Translations under genes and position numbers: made by a program
Part shown: one piece after another, positions 1 to 13,128 of the stretch
How positions within the stretch are numbered: position 1 is the stretch's first letter
Layout: each line of letters begins with the position of its first letter
Notes under the pieces: generated by a model
What the model was told of the DNA's origin: nothing
The model's database searches: none
Seen by the model: only the letters and a program-made list of their open reading frames with translations
Source of the DNA: Lytechinus pictus
Taxonomy: Eukaryota
Direction of reading: 5' to 3'
Assembly (NCBI RefSeq): GCF_037042905.1
Contig: NC_087250.1
Location: 28,336,001 to 28,400,000, forward strand
Length of the DNA: 64,000 nt

Positions 1-144
1 TCCATAAATTCTTAGGCGTTGGTTGAAATTCAAGATCGACATTATTTCTATTGCGAACGTGTGGCATGAAATAGTGCTTGTTAGCTGTTATTGTCTGACT
101 CGTTGTTATGTCAAATGATTTTCCCAAGCTAAATAAAAAGATGT

Positions 145-147
<3 letters not shown>

Positions 148-228
<81 letters not shown>

Positions 229-239
229 ACATATATATA
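148..239. repeat. (TA)n microsatellite
   Basis: Near-pure TA run. Further TA runs at 951-988, 1186-1221 and ~28633-28667. Confidence 0.98.
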
Positions 240-290
240 GGCGTAAATAAATCAAGCATTAACGCTAGACGTAGCTTCCAAGTATCTCTT

Positions 291-334
291 TTATTGCGAG
301 CTTTCGGCCAGTGGGGCCTTCATCAGGCCTATAA
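291..334 (-). ncRNA. Minimal hammerhead ribozyme motif (inverted copy)
   Basis: GAGCTTTCGGCCAGTGGGGCCTTCATCAG at 298-326 is the exact reverse complement of 803-831. Confidence 0.75.
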
Positions 335-794
335 TGCATTGAAACAAACAAAATAGAACAAAACCATACAAATAAAATCGTAATAACAACAAAGTAAATA
401 ATGTGTAGCAAAGGGTACAGAACAGAAGGATTACACTAAGATAACAAAAAATAACAACAGAGGGAGTTGAGTACAGAACAGAAGGGTTACAGTAAGATAA
501 CAAAAATAACAACAGAGGGGGTAATGGCTTAAACGAGATGGTGGAATACAATAGAAACGATTGGGAAACTTAAGTGTGTGGAAAGACAAGGTATTTACCA
601 GCATTGAAATTAACTTTGGTTTCTGTAGAGATCTTACTGTAACCCTTCTGTTCTGTACTCAACCCCCTCTGTTGTTATTTTTTGTAATCTTAGTGTAATC
701 CTTCTGTTCTGTACCCTTTGCTACACATTATTTACTTTGTTGTTATTACGATTTTATTTGTATGGTTTTGTTCTATTTTGTTTGTTACAATGCA

Positions 795-838
795 TTATAG
801 GCCTGATGAAGGCCCCACTGGCCGAAAGCTCGCAATAA
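795..838 (+). ncRNA. Minimal (PLE-type) hammerhead ribozyme motif
   Basis: CTGATGA(803-809)-A-GGCC-CCACT-GGCC-GAAA(824-827)-GCTC. This gives the conserved core, a 4-bp stem II and a palindromic AGCT stem III. Confidence 0.75.
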
Positions 839-946
839 AAGAGATACTTGGAAGCTACGTCTAGCGTTAATGCTTGATTTATTTACGCCTATACGTAGAA
901 CATGACGCGCTGCAATACACGTTGTGCAAAGGGCCCTCTTCCTTTT

Positions 947-990
<44 letters not shown>

Positions 991-1183
991 GTGTGTGTGT
1001 GTGTGAAGTTATACATGTACAACATCTTTGGCAACTCTTTTATTTAAATATTGTGTGAAAGAAATTGATGATTCCCGGCAGAGACATTTTTTCGGCATTG
1101 CCAATTTTTCCAAAGGGTAGATAGCTCTGGGGAACCTTGATTTAAGCCACGCCTACCATTGTTCTCTTTATCCATTTCTTTCA

Positions 1184-1224
<41 letters not shown>

Positions 1225-4200
1225 GATACAAAAGAACAATGATATATAATCGCGGAATTGCTAGAATAATATCAAGGATTAACGTCTTAGATATACTACA
1301 GTAATTATGTAACCATTGCCATCATGATAATATATTGCCGCATACTAGATTACATTGCCGCTATTATAAACTTGTTTTCATACCTGTGTATTCATGTCAC
1401 CTGAGACGGCAGGGCACTCTGAAGGCCTTTTTCATAATATAGTTGCAATCACTCACTACTCTAAAATCAAACACATCTTTATTTTCAGCCAATGAAAAGC
1501 GCGTATTACGGACTTGTGAGTAATTTTATGAGTTGCGTTCAAACGCAACTCTTTGAGCAACCTGATCCTGTTATCCTATTCCATTTTGCTATAATTATGA
1601 GCTTCCAACGTGTGGCTGATTTCTTTGGCAACCCTCAAGCAATGGATATGTTCTAGCGGGCTGGAACCCCATGAAACACGAGCAGGTATTGTGTTCTTGC
1701 TTTGGGAGATATCGCAGGGAAAAGAAAACTGGCGCGAAGATAGAGCGGGATATCTCAGCCCGGGGAGATCTAAATTCATAATTATAACAACTCGATCGAT
1801 AGAAAGCAGAATTTCGATCTTCTTTCCCGAGCCATGCAGGTGTATTATGGGACGAACGAGGATTGGATTGCCAAGGAATTTACTAAAATCATTACAGGTC
1901 AAAATAAACAATCAAAAGGGGTGTACATACATTTAAAATTGGAGAGGGTGGGGGAGGTAAGTGGAAGTTTTTATATTTTGATTCATTCTTTTTTGTTTAG
2001 TGGTCTAATGTATACTACATAAAGTTGAATGTCCCTTGGCTAATCCTTACCTCGATCGAACAAGTAAGAAAGAAGAAAATGATTGAATCAATAACTAGAT
2101 GAAATAACAATGATTGATTCATCACCTTTGAAACGAATTAATTATGTTAATAAACCTACAAATTTAACAAAGAAGATAATAGGACAACCCCCCTCGAAAC
2201 AAGTAAGAGAGAAAGCTTTCAAAGAACAGAAAAGGGGAAATATATAAAAAGGATGAAGAAAGATCAATACACGAGAGAGAAAGTTCAAGACCCACAAAAC
2301 CATAATGCTAAATGCTAATTTAAACAGAAAACATACAGACAAGCAAACAAACATTGGACAAGAAGCGCGACAATCTGATGCTAACCGGGAGGGGGGGGGG
2401 CACATGTTTATCTTTTTTTCAAGTCAACATTAAGACATTTATCACTGAAAATTCACGTTTTGAGCGCCCCTCGCCTTTGAAATAAGGCAGTGGAAGTACT
2501 TTCTCGGGCAAGATGATTTCTTGATATCACATTCTTTTGGGAATTAAATCTGCTCTATTTTGGAGCGGAAAGCAATTTTCTTGCTTGTCTGACAGATTGT
2601 GAATAAATCAACAATTTTATTATGACATTTTAACATATTTTCCTCGATCATCCCCATGTAACAGTAAGAGTTGAAACCATTACAATAATCATACTCGTCT
2701 ACTTGGGCACTCTTAATCTAATATCATGAATAATCGTCGGATAACACTCCATATTTACCTCAAATCCTATATCCGATTCTGTATGTCCTGACCTTTAAGT
2801 AACAGGGCCGGTTGGAGAAACTCTAACAAAAAATCATACGCAACCTTTATGTCATCCAATCAAATGCGTGCAATCGGGACTTACGCATGATTCATGTTGA
2901 GTTGCATTAAATCGAAAGGCTTCCTATAACCGGGGCCCCGACGATTGTTACTCCATCACTGACAAGTTGATAGCTATTTTGCGCATTTTTGACCGCGAAA
3001 TTATACGAGAGAGTGAGCGTAATTCGGGATGATACAACCGGCCCCGTCCCCCGGGGCTCGGTAATTTAGTCTCCGCAGATCGCAGTGCTAAGAAAGACAT
3101 AAAGGCCTCGTGTTGATCTTTGATAGAGTCAGAAGGAGATGTATTCTATGTCAAAACAGGAATATCTGATGATGCATCAAGCAATGAATGCTCTTTATGT
3201 CACCTCCAGGTTCAATTACATTATAGAGTCGATGCTTGCTAGCAAGGTTTGAAATGGATGCAGGAAAATGACTGTATTCCTCATTGTATCAGATTTAAAT
3301 GAAAGCTACTGCGGAATGTACGTTAGGAGGTGAAAAGAGAAATTTACCTGGACACGACTAATGTAACTATAGCCTACCCGTCGAGAACAAACAGAAAAAA
3401 GTCACGATCGTTCTATGAAGGTCCTAAAATACACCCACAATTATTATTTGCTTATCGCGTGGAATATCAAACCGTATATAGTCTTACTTTCATCATTCGA
3501 TACTGCTAATCGGTATCAATAAACTTCACTTTCTACTAATTTCGTTTTGTCTTTGTACTCCTCTTTACAAACGGTATCGATACCTTGGTATCGGTATTTT
3601 TTTTTCAATAGGTAATTGAGTGATAATAACATTAACTCAACGAATTTGGAGCAAAAACAACAAAAATTATGCTAGCATCAGTTATGGCACAATGAGCGAT
3701 TAGTTTAAATATACCCTTTCATTATTGATTATATACATGATAAATACTTGATTGAAAGGGCGAGAGAGGGACAGCTTTCTCTTGAAAAAAAAATCACCAC
3801 CCTAGAGAATAACCGATCATCATTTGGGAAGTTAGATGAGGGCCTTTTTTTGTGGGGGGGGGGGGCTCCTGCGATTTCTTGAAGATTATTGATTTTCCTC
3901 TAATTTCATAATTGCTTTAATACAAAGGTGTTACGTTCACTCAAAAAAATTTTAATTATCGTTTAAAATGTTGGAGAAGTCACAATCTTTTCCGAACGGT
4001 ATATCCAACCTGAATAAAGTTGAATCCAGCATTTTAAAGCGTTGGGTCGAAACATTTATAGTGCTAAATGCAACATTTAGAAAAGATTGGCCCTCTCACA
4101 AGCTTCCAAATGTTATTTATCATTTCATTGTTTTGAGTGTTGATGTTTTACTGATTCCATCTGATTCCAGACTAAATAGGTGATTTAATTCACACCACTA

Positions 4201-4470
4201 TGGAATGCTAAGTTTTATTATCATTAGTATTTCTTTATTTGTTTATGAAAAACGTTAGAGTACCGAAAAAATTGAAATTTATTGTATCCCCGTATCATTC
4301 TCTTCATTTTACATAATTTTTCTCTCTTCCTCACTACCTCTTACCAAATGTTTAAAGTCTTTTTTCTTGCTTAATGAGATGAAAAATGACACTCTATAGA
4401 AATGGAGTCTACGTTATTTCAGGTTGAATAAACCATTGTTATGAGAATCTAAGAATTTTCCCATAATGCC

Positions 4471-5077
4471 CAATTATATATCAGCATTAGATCAAGGCGC
4501 TTACTAAATTTACAATCATGTATCCTCTAGAAATCAACACCAGTGTCTAAAACCATGAACTAGTTTTTAAAAAAAGCCATCCAACAATCCTTAGTTGTAA
4601 TACGAACCACCAAATAGCTGATATATGGTCTGCATCGCAGCTATGAACAACAAGCTAATATACCGTCTATACATTTAGTTAATCTAATTAAAGTGCACTG
4701 AACACGTGTTCCCTGTCGTAGCAGTAAGGCCAATTACAGCATCCCTATGGCATATGACAGTGGTCCTAATTCAATTACAACCGTCTCATCCTCCTAGCCG
4801 CATTCCTCATATTATTCAAGTCTTATACAGCGTGCCTAAAAAGAGTTGAAATATTAGATAAATATTGTCATTGCTGTTTTCTTTATTATAATTATTTATT
4901 AGTAGTATAGGCACTTATGTTGTTTTTTATTCCATTAGGTAATGTATACAAGACCAACTGTGAGAGTTGGGGGATTAAAAAAAAACTAGTTTATAGTTTT
5001 AAACATTGTTGTTGATTTCTAGAGGATACATGATTGTAATAAGGGCCATGATCAGAACAATTATTTTCATAATTGAT
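4471..5077. repeat. Degenerate inverted repeat pair (old foldback or inversion)
   Basis: TTACAATCATGTATCCTCTAGAAATCAACA.. at 4510-4585 is the reverse complement of 4966-5039. Weaker matching extends outward. Confidence 0.6.
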
Positions 5078-6202
5078 TTTTTTGGAAAATACACTAAAAG
5101 TAAAAAAACCTATCTGAACGGAAACAAGTATTCATCATGGATATAAAGTATTTTTTTTCTTACTCTGTCCCATTTGTATAATAATAATAATAGTAATAGC
5201 GATATCTTATTGAGCGCACACACCGCCAAGAGACCCTCATGGCGCTAGCGCAGCAACAGTTCCTTTACATACAACTATTTTATACATGTATATAAACAAC
5301 AAATATATATATAAATATAAATCTTAAATCACTACAAGTACCATCCTACACCATCACCACTGAAATTCCCAGCTACATCCTGGTGGGGCCTGGTGCCCTT
5401 CTGCTTGCTGCCCCGTTCACCGACAATTAGTATGATTTTTTATTGTACATTATTGATAATGAATAAGGAATAAACTAATGAAATGAATTATATGTCACCC
5501 TCATCATAATAATGCACGTTTAAGCATGTTGTTATGATTTATTCCTTAACACACCGAACCCTCACACTAAACAAATGACATTTCATAGAGCGTTCTTGTA
5601 AGTTCTAATCATGGTTTTGTCAATGATGAAACTAGAATCAATAAGCGTCATAGAAACCAAAACTCTGTTTTTGAACTCCCTAATAATCCTGATTGACCTA
5701 CACTAAATCCGTTCAATATGGAATGCTTTCACGTGACGATCTATCAGTGATCCTTCGGTAAAAGTTGTTACAATCTACTGAAATGGTAGCATCTGATTGG
5801 CTTGGAGCGAATCAGTCAGAGAGGATGACTAGCAGGACGCGTTGTGAAACGACTGACCTGTACTGAATCCTCCCAGCGGATCTTCTATCGGTACCCGACC
5901 CACTGAGGCAGCCGAACCGCTGGGACGGTCTCCGACATTAGCATGCATTTGAAGATGAATTTCTTGCTAAACATGACAATATAACACCAACATAGCCCCG
6001 GGTTATACAGGCAAAGGATGCATTTACATGATTGATCGCTATTGTTATAATCTACCGAAATACTTGCATGTGATTGGTTGTATGCGGACTTGTCAGTGGA
6101 AATCACCGCCTTGATGTTTTATGAAAGCTCATCCTTCAGAGAAGAGGGATTAATATACACTGATTGATTAGAAAGAGATCATAACAGTGATGATTATTAT
6201 CT

Positions 6203-6638
6203 GGGCCTTTTCACACGTGAATCTTGAATCATTATCGTAATGATGATTGCTATTGCACACTGCAAAAACTCCGGTGTTGATTTAACACCAGCCCGGAATC
6301 TATATATGTCCACACCAGAGAAGTGTTGAAACAACACCAGTTTGGAATCAAATCGATGCTGTTTTAATACTAAATGGTGTTGTACAAACATCTATCTGGT
6401 GTTAGACCAAAACGAAACTGGTGTTGTTTAATACTTCTCTGGTGTGGACATAGATTCCGGGCTTGTGTTAAATCAACACCAGAGTTTTTGCAGTGTTTAA
6501 TCGTGACCGTGATTAACGTTCATCATTCTAATCATGTTCTAGTTTGGTTTCACACGTGCTAAATATTCGTCATTAGCCTTATTTTTCACTAGAATCATCT
6601 TTCAAATTACGATTTTTTTTTTACTGTGTGAAAGGGCG
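6203..6638. mobile_element. PIF/Harbinger-like MITE (GGCC..TTTCACAC termini) interrupted by a CACTG MITE
   Basis: Termini gggccttttcacac / gtgtgaaagggc. An uninterrupted copy lies in reverse orientation at ~40100-40288. Confidence 0.6.
6258..6495. mobile_element. CACTA/EnSpm-like MITE (CACTG termini)
   Basis: TIR CACTGCAAAAACTC..GAGTTTTTGCAGTG, internal ACACCAG motifs, palindromic body. Second copy at 37026-37246. Confidence 0.75.
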
Positions 6639-6894
6639 GTCTGTTAGACTGTCGCACGGATGAAAGCATCTCCAAACAGAACGATGGTATGTCATTGGAA
6701 ATAAGATGATAGATTTTGGTGTGTCTGAGGTTGGTTCTGTTCGAAAAAAAAGTTCTGCCTCTTCACTCATTGGATCATTATACCCTACGCTATTAATATT
6801 TTCCTCTAGAGTAGAGCACATTTATGGCGTCTTTTTACATGTTAGATATGGATTTTAATCAATAAGTGTTTGGATCATTTTCGTTGTGTCGACA

Positions 6895-7152
6895 CACAGA
6901 AAGACAGATATAGCTACGTATAATATAGATACATAGTAAGACAGATATATATATAGATACATAGACCGACCGACATACAAACAGATGGATAGATAGATAG
7001 ACAGACAGGAGATAGATATAATATAGATAGATAGATATGTAGATAGTTAGAAAGATGGATAGACAGACAGACCGATATATAGATAGATAGATAAATAGAT
7101 AGATACATAATGATATATATACAGAAGGAGGAGAGAGAGAGAGAGAGAGAGA
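6895..7152. repeat. (GATA/GACA)n and (GA)n microsatellite
   Basis: Degenerate GATA/GACA tetramers followed by a GA run. Confidence 0.9.
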
Positions 7153-7838
7153 CAAACAGAAATGGGGATGAGATGAATTTATCAAAATCCGCGTTAAAAT
7201 TTGGATAAAAGGACCAGCGAAGATGGGGGAAAAGACAGCTACGAATTATTATTATGAACAGATGAAAGGAATCTATTTGTAGACGAGACTCGTATATGTT
7301 TGTGTATGAGAGCAGAGCATTATTCTAAACACGTTTCTTACATCATCTTTGATTAGAGCCGACAGTCAACATGTGTAATATAACGGAACTGTCACACCTA
7401 CGCAACGGACTTGAAATCGACTGATGGTATTCCATTGGTAATAACTTGATCGGTGTGTAGTCGGTTTCGTTCGTATGACCGTAGAAGAAGAGAGAACATG
7501 ATGTATAATTAGCTTCATGATTTTCACCCTTTTGCAATATAAAAAAAGAATACGTGCAAAATCATCATTGACACAGTAATTTACCTCACTAAACGGCTTC
7601 ATGTACGCACTGACACATTTTTACAACTACAAAAATAATTATTATTATAACAACAACAATAATAATAATGATAGAATAACAATAATAGTAATAGTAATAA
7701 TAATGATAGTAATGAAACTAACAATATAATTGTTGACAATGATAATAATTTTGATGATGTGTTGAAGACGGCGATAATGATATTAATAATATAATTAAGA
7801 ACAATATTACACTTCTGCCAGGACCAAAATTATTTCTG

Positions 7839-8008
7839 GGGGCCGTTTCATAAAGCTGTTCGTAGGTTAAGAGCGACTTTAAGAACGACTGGTGAACCTT
7901 TCTTACGCGCCAAACCATCGCCAATGAATATACCATTTGCCACAAGAAAGGATCACCAGTCGTTCTTAAAGTCGCACTTAACTTACGAACAGCTTATTAA
8001 ACGCCCAC
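7839..8008. mobile_element. MITE with CWG TSD (PIF/Harbinger-like)
   Basis: Long imperfect TIR GGGGCCGTTTCATAAAGCTGTTCGTA.., flanked by CTG (7836-38 and 8009-11). Truncated copy at ~56791-56923. Confidence 0.7.
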
Positions 8009-11000
8009 CTGGTGGTATTGATGATGATGGTGCTAATGGTAATTATAAAAAACATCTAGACTGAAATACTTTTTCCAGAACAAAGTTTTAAAGTTTAGTT
8101 TCATAGATATTGTATTTGACATCAGTTTTTCATTGATATCTATAGCCTTATTTTCATTCGTAAACAAAAAGAAAGATTCAAAGAAAAGGATTAAGGTTTT
8201 AATGCCCTATTCCTCCCCCGTGTACATGTTTGATCAATCCCTGCCAAGAGCCTTAGTAAACACTTCTTTGGATGCTTGAGTCCCACCAACGAAACCGACT
8301 ACAAACAGAGTAGTTATCTGACACTCAAAATAACATAGTAGCTTTTATCTCGCTTGGTCCCTCTTACAGCCTCAACTATATAGAAAACCATCAATGTTAT
8401 AGACTTTTCATACATGAAATTCTCACAACTTCCCTTTGAAAAAAAAAGACACACACTGGATTCTCAAGACAATGTTGCATGTAGGAATATATATCACATT
8501 TAAAATCAAATCCAGAATTGAAAATGATAATAAGCTGAGCTGGATTCGAACGTAAAATACATCACTGTTTTGGAGCCACAGATGAAAATACACTTTTATT
8601 CGATTTTTTTTTGTACTTTGGATGCTGTGGCTGCTGGCATTCCATAGTTAGGACTAATCGGATCAATCGTAACTCTTCATAAGACTGGGCCCTGGAACCG
8701 GTTACTATGGTGTAGCTGTGGCATTAGAACGGAAGGGAAAGTTTACAAAGATGATCTGATAATACAGGATCAGCTCAGAACGTTGATAAACACACATATG
8801 ACAGAAGTTCAAGGTTATTTTGATTGCAATGATATTAATTTGATTGCGATGATTGGAGGGGATATATTAGGAACAACTAGTAAAACATGCGTCTGTTTGT
8901 TGATGAGGGGGAAAAGGGAGACAGAGGGAAGAGAGAGAGAGAGGGGGTGAGAAAGAGAAGGGGAGGGGGGGGGGGGTCGGTGTAATATATAAGGGAAAAA
9001 TATGAGGAAGGAGATAATACATTCGCATCTACTGTAGATAGCTCAAAGTACTGAATGCTTCATTGAAACAACGTTGAATATGGTGAACCTTTACTAATGG
9101 AAAATATGAATTAAAATTTTTTCAGAAGCATCCCTACTCTGTCTCTCCCCCCCCCCCCCATCCTGACTCTCTCTCTCTCTCTCCACAACATCTTATCATC
9201 AACCCACTCCCCGTGTGTCATTACTCTGGCTCTCTCTCTATAGTCCATTGTGTCTCCCCAACCCTCAACCCTTGCCTTACCACCAACCATCTCTATCTTC
9301 CTCCGCTACTCATCTCTCTCCGTAATGTATAACCCCCCCCCCCCTTTCCTCTCTCTCTCATTTATGTATTGCATCGGTTATGACTCTAGTTCTACCCCCT
9401 CTCTTTTCCTCCCCCACCCCTTTCTCATATCTCCCCCATCGATCCAACTCTTCCTCCTTTCGCTACTCATCGCTATAAACCAAGCTTGTCATCGGGATTA
9501 CTGCTCTTTGTCGGTTTTATTAGATAAAAGCCCTAACCCCATACACTTATATATTAAAGGCACTTTCAGGGCATCGTATAGGGTCGTGGGAGAAAGGGTT
9601 TATAAAAGGTGTCTTTTTGTGTATTAATGGTCCTTATTGAGTTAACCGCAAAACCGCCTAGTTCACCCAGCAATAAGCTTTATTTTTTTTTCAAATACAT
9701 ACAATCGGAAAACCAAAACCGAATAAAATACTGACGATTTAATCGAAATCGGGTGTAAAATACATTGAAAAAACGTGTTTTAAACATTAAAAGAATAGAT
9801 GCTCTCCGTGAGCTGTGATGACTTATATAAATTTCATTATTTTCTTCAAGTTGACGCCTGTCATCTGGAAAAATACAGAATCCCCCCCCCCCCCCCCCTC
9901 TGCATAAAGGTGTTAATCACCGTATCTGATTCGTTTTGCTTAACCATGTTAACGTGAGGGGTTATACTCTTTACACCACTGGGACTAGAACCAACAAAAG
10001 GGAATGCTAACACAACCGAATATGTAAATGTTCACTTGCATGTCTATATATCATGTGGAAAGCATTGTTCTAACAGTTGTTATGAGGTTTGGATTCACAT
10101 TATTCAATATCCCCAGAGGGTGTTCTCAACTCTTATACAGTACAATTATCTGATCTTCGGTTTCACTCTTTTATTCCTTAACCCATCGTCTCTCGAATTT
10201 CTTTACTCCAGTAGTCTTTATTGTGTCAATCAGATCCCTGCACTCAGCATGCTCAGAGGGTTAATTTCAATGGAAAGATAGGGACTTTCCCTATTTTCCT
10301 CCCGATATTGCATCTTAGACTGCTGAAATCCTTTACGCAGGATGCATTAGAGTTTTATGAGGAGAGCAATCTTGACAGGAATAGGAAATTAACGACACTG
10401 ACGAAACCGACTCGTGAAGAGCGTATCATGAAAGGATTTGCTCCGACAAGTCCCTTTTTTATCCGACAGTTATTATAATTAAACGACTTCACAAAATTCA
10501 TTTCGAGTAAACACCATAGATGAAGTATTAAACATTCAATTAAAATTAGTTTAGTTAATGAAAGGCATTAAATGACATGCTCTATAACTGTCCTAATTTT
10601 ATACATTAATTTTAATTACTGTAATACCAAATGCGATGATTAACCTTGGGATTTTGGACCGTGGTTAAATTAATCATGTCGCAGTCACATCATCGAAGCC
10701 AACTACAAACCGACCGATGATATACCATTGTAAATATCATAATACTTTTAATCGGTCTCTCGTTGGTTTCGTTGATGATACTGTGACTAATAATCGTGTC
10801 AATTTACAGATACAATCCGGTTATTCAATTTAGTTAATGACAATACTACAGTGTTACACTAATCTAATTTAGGACAACATTGCTTTTAATATTCTACATG
10901 GCTTAGTGGCATATGTCACGTATAGCTCGCTTACAGCAGCTCTACATGATAGAAATGCTACCTAGAATTTAGATAAATAAACCCTTAAACCTTACTTTTT

Positions 11001-11643
11001 ATTGTCTACGAGAAAATCAAGTGTTAACTGAACACCAGTCTGCTTTCGATAATGAGCATATCAGATAAGTGTTTAAATAGCACCATCATGACCAATTAAG
11101 AATTAAACAAAACTGAAAGTTTGACACCGATTGGTGTTGCTTTATTACTGAGTATTATGAATAAACATCTATTATTTCGGTGTTAGCTTGAAACCTAAAA
11201 TGTCAATCTGATGTGGTCATATTATACAGTAGACATTGTACTGGGTTGATGTAATTGTTGACACCGGTTTTTCGCAAGTCGCCAAAGAAAAATCCCCTTT
11301 CGTTGTTTACAGAGTGCTTGAATCTACTTTAACCTGTTCACGCTAATAATAGATAATGTATAGATTGATGTGTAACCGGATCGACCATTGGTTTATTCAT
11401 TCAGTAAGGGGGTTATTTGTCCCCTTATCAACCATATACACTACTCCATTGATCATATCCTCCTCATATAAATTGAACGTGCTGACATTTTACGATTGAC
11501 AAAGTTCTTCTATTATTTTCCTGCACTGGCCGTGAAATTGCCATCATTGAGGAGCAATAGGTCGTTGACATTTTTATTGCATGGGCAATAATGATAACGA
11601 TTGCCTTTTATTACGACGATTTCAATTTCATTTCATCGATAAG

Positions 11644-11877
11644 GCTACGGTTACACCAACAAATTCAAATCCCAAATCGACTATAAAATCTACCATTTTA
11701 CCAATAAGAAACCAATGATCGTATTGGAGTCCATCTTCTTGATGTGATTGTAGCATAGGGGTAAGGATACAGTCACACCGACTAATTGATCTCTAGAACG
11801 ATCAAAGCTATTACGTTATTACCAATGACATACAATCGGTATAGGTTTTGAGTCATTGTGGTCGCTGTAACTGTAGC
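11644..11877. mobile_element. Two tandem short degenerate MITEs (GCTACAGTCACACC-type termini)
   Basis: gctacggttacacc..gatgtgattgtagc followed by gatacagtcacacc..gctgtaactgtagc. Related remnants near 10680-10790, 38540-38645 and 41360-41410. Confidence 0.45.
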
Positions 11878-13128
11878 ATGTGGTAAGAGATTTCAACGGG
11901 ATGGGGACGAGTAGGATAGAGCGATAAGAAGAAAGATGAAGAAGTAAATCCATAAAATGCCAAGATGCATCCATGCTGCATGCAGCTTTTTATAAATAAT
12001 CATCGTTAAGATAGGGTTGACGGTTGACGGTGTATGTGTGTATGTTTGCATATTTCGGAGGGTGGGTGGGGGCGGGGTGAGTGTGTACATAGATGGGGTT
12101 GAATGCGTGTGTGTGTGTGTGTGTGCGTATGTTCATGGGGGCGGGGGCTCAGTGTTTGTGTAGATATGTTGGCTGTTTTATTTTGGTGATTGGTAAGTAA
12201 AAGTGTCTGTGGTTATTTTTATTTGTAAAAATGATATGTTGAAAATTGTTGTGATTTGCCAAGATAGATATATAATTAAAGATACAATGGCATTTTACTT
12301 GTTATAAAATGTCACATGGTTTTATCCCCAGCCGACAGCATTTAAATATTGTACCACTTTCATTAATTTGAAATATATAGGTATTTCATTTTAATAAATG
12401 AGATCATTTTCAGCAATATCCAGCCTATTATACAATTACTTTCTAGTATGCCAACAAGTATGATTTTACATATGAATCAAATGTTATACACCAGTTATTA
12501 TATTATTTTTTCTTGACCAAATACCTTCTTATAATCATAATAATGTTTCATATTATTATGCAACATATATACCCCTAACCTAAACACCTAGTTCTTTAAG
12601 ACGGGCATCGTATCAGTTTGGTTACCATCCATGATGATGTCTGGACCCTCTTCAATCCCCACTTGACTTCAGGGGTGATTATGCTCCTGAATTGGTCTAG
12701 AAAATAGACATAAACAGGTCAATCTGGATCTTCATGCCAGCATTCATCGACATTGAATATTAATGAGAAGATGGCAGGGGGAGGCGATAACCACAATGTG
12801 ATAACAAGAGGGGTAAAAACATTTACAAAATAAAATTTCAGGAGAAATCCAATAACAAAATTTCTTGACACCAAAGAAATGTCCACAACGTCAGTAGCGA
12901 ATGGCAGTTTTTACAGATAAACACCAGTTGTGGAAATGATCTAAAAATTAGTTCGAACAGAATCCAATGAAATTAACACCAAAGTGTTTATATGCTTTAA
13001 TAAAAAATGTGCCAAATAGCTCTGGAAAAAAAATGCGTAATCGCTGAGCTATGATAAAAATAAGTACGGAATTCCATCAAATGTCGGGAATTTTTCAAAG
13101 TAATATTAAAATACTTTGTCCCAGATAT

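Larger units (their letters stand above)
236..946. mobile_element. Truncated Penelope-like retroelement: two inverted pseudo-LTRs in a (TA)n tract
   Basis: Arms 236-498 and 631-893 are reverse complements (~263 bp, about 3 mismatches). Each arm has a hammerhead core followed by AATAAA. The right arm has a short extension with an ATG at 902. TA runs flank both sides. Confidence 0.75.

Noticed and set aside
108..551. ORFs 108-356 and 291-551
   Set aside because: They are translations of the (TA)n run and of the non-coding foldback arm.
1576..2022. Overlapping ORFs 1576-1911, 1610-1936, 1834-2022 as host exons
   Set aside because: No recognisable domain, non-ATG starts in part, and no supportable splice structure.
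6859..7185. YLSI-rich ORFs (also 49929-50616)
   Set aside because: Translations of GATA/TCTA microsatellites.
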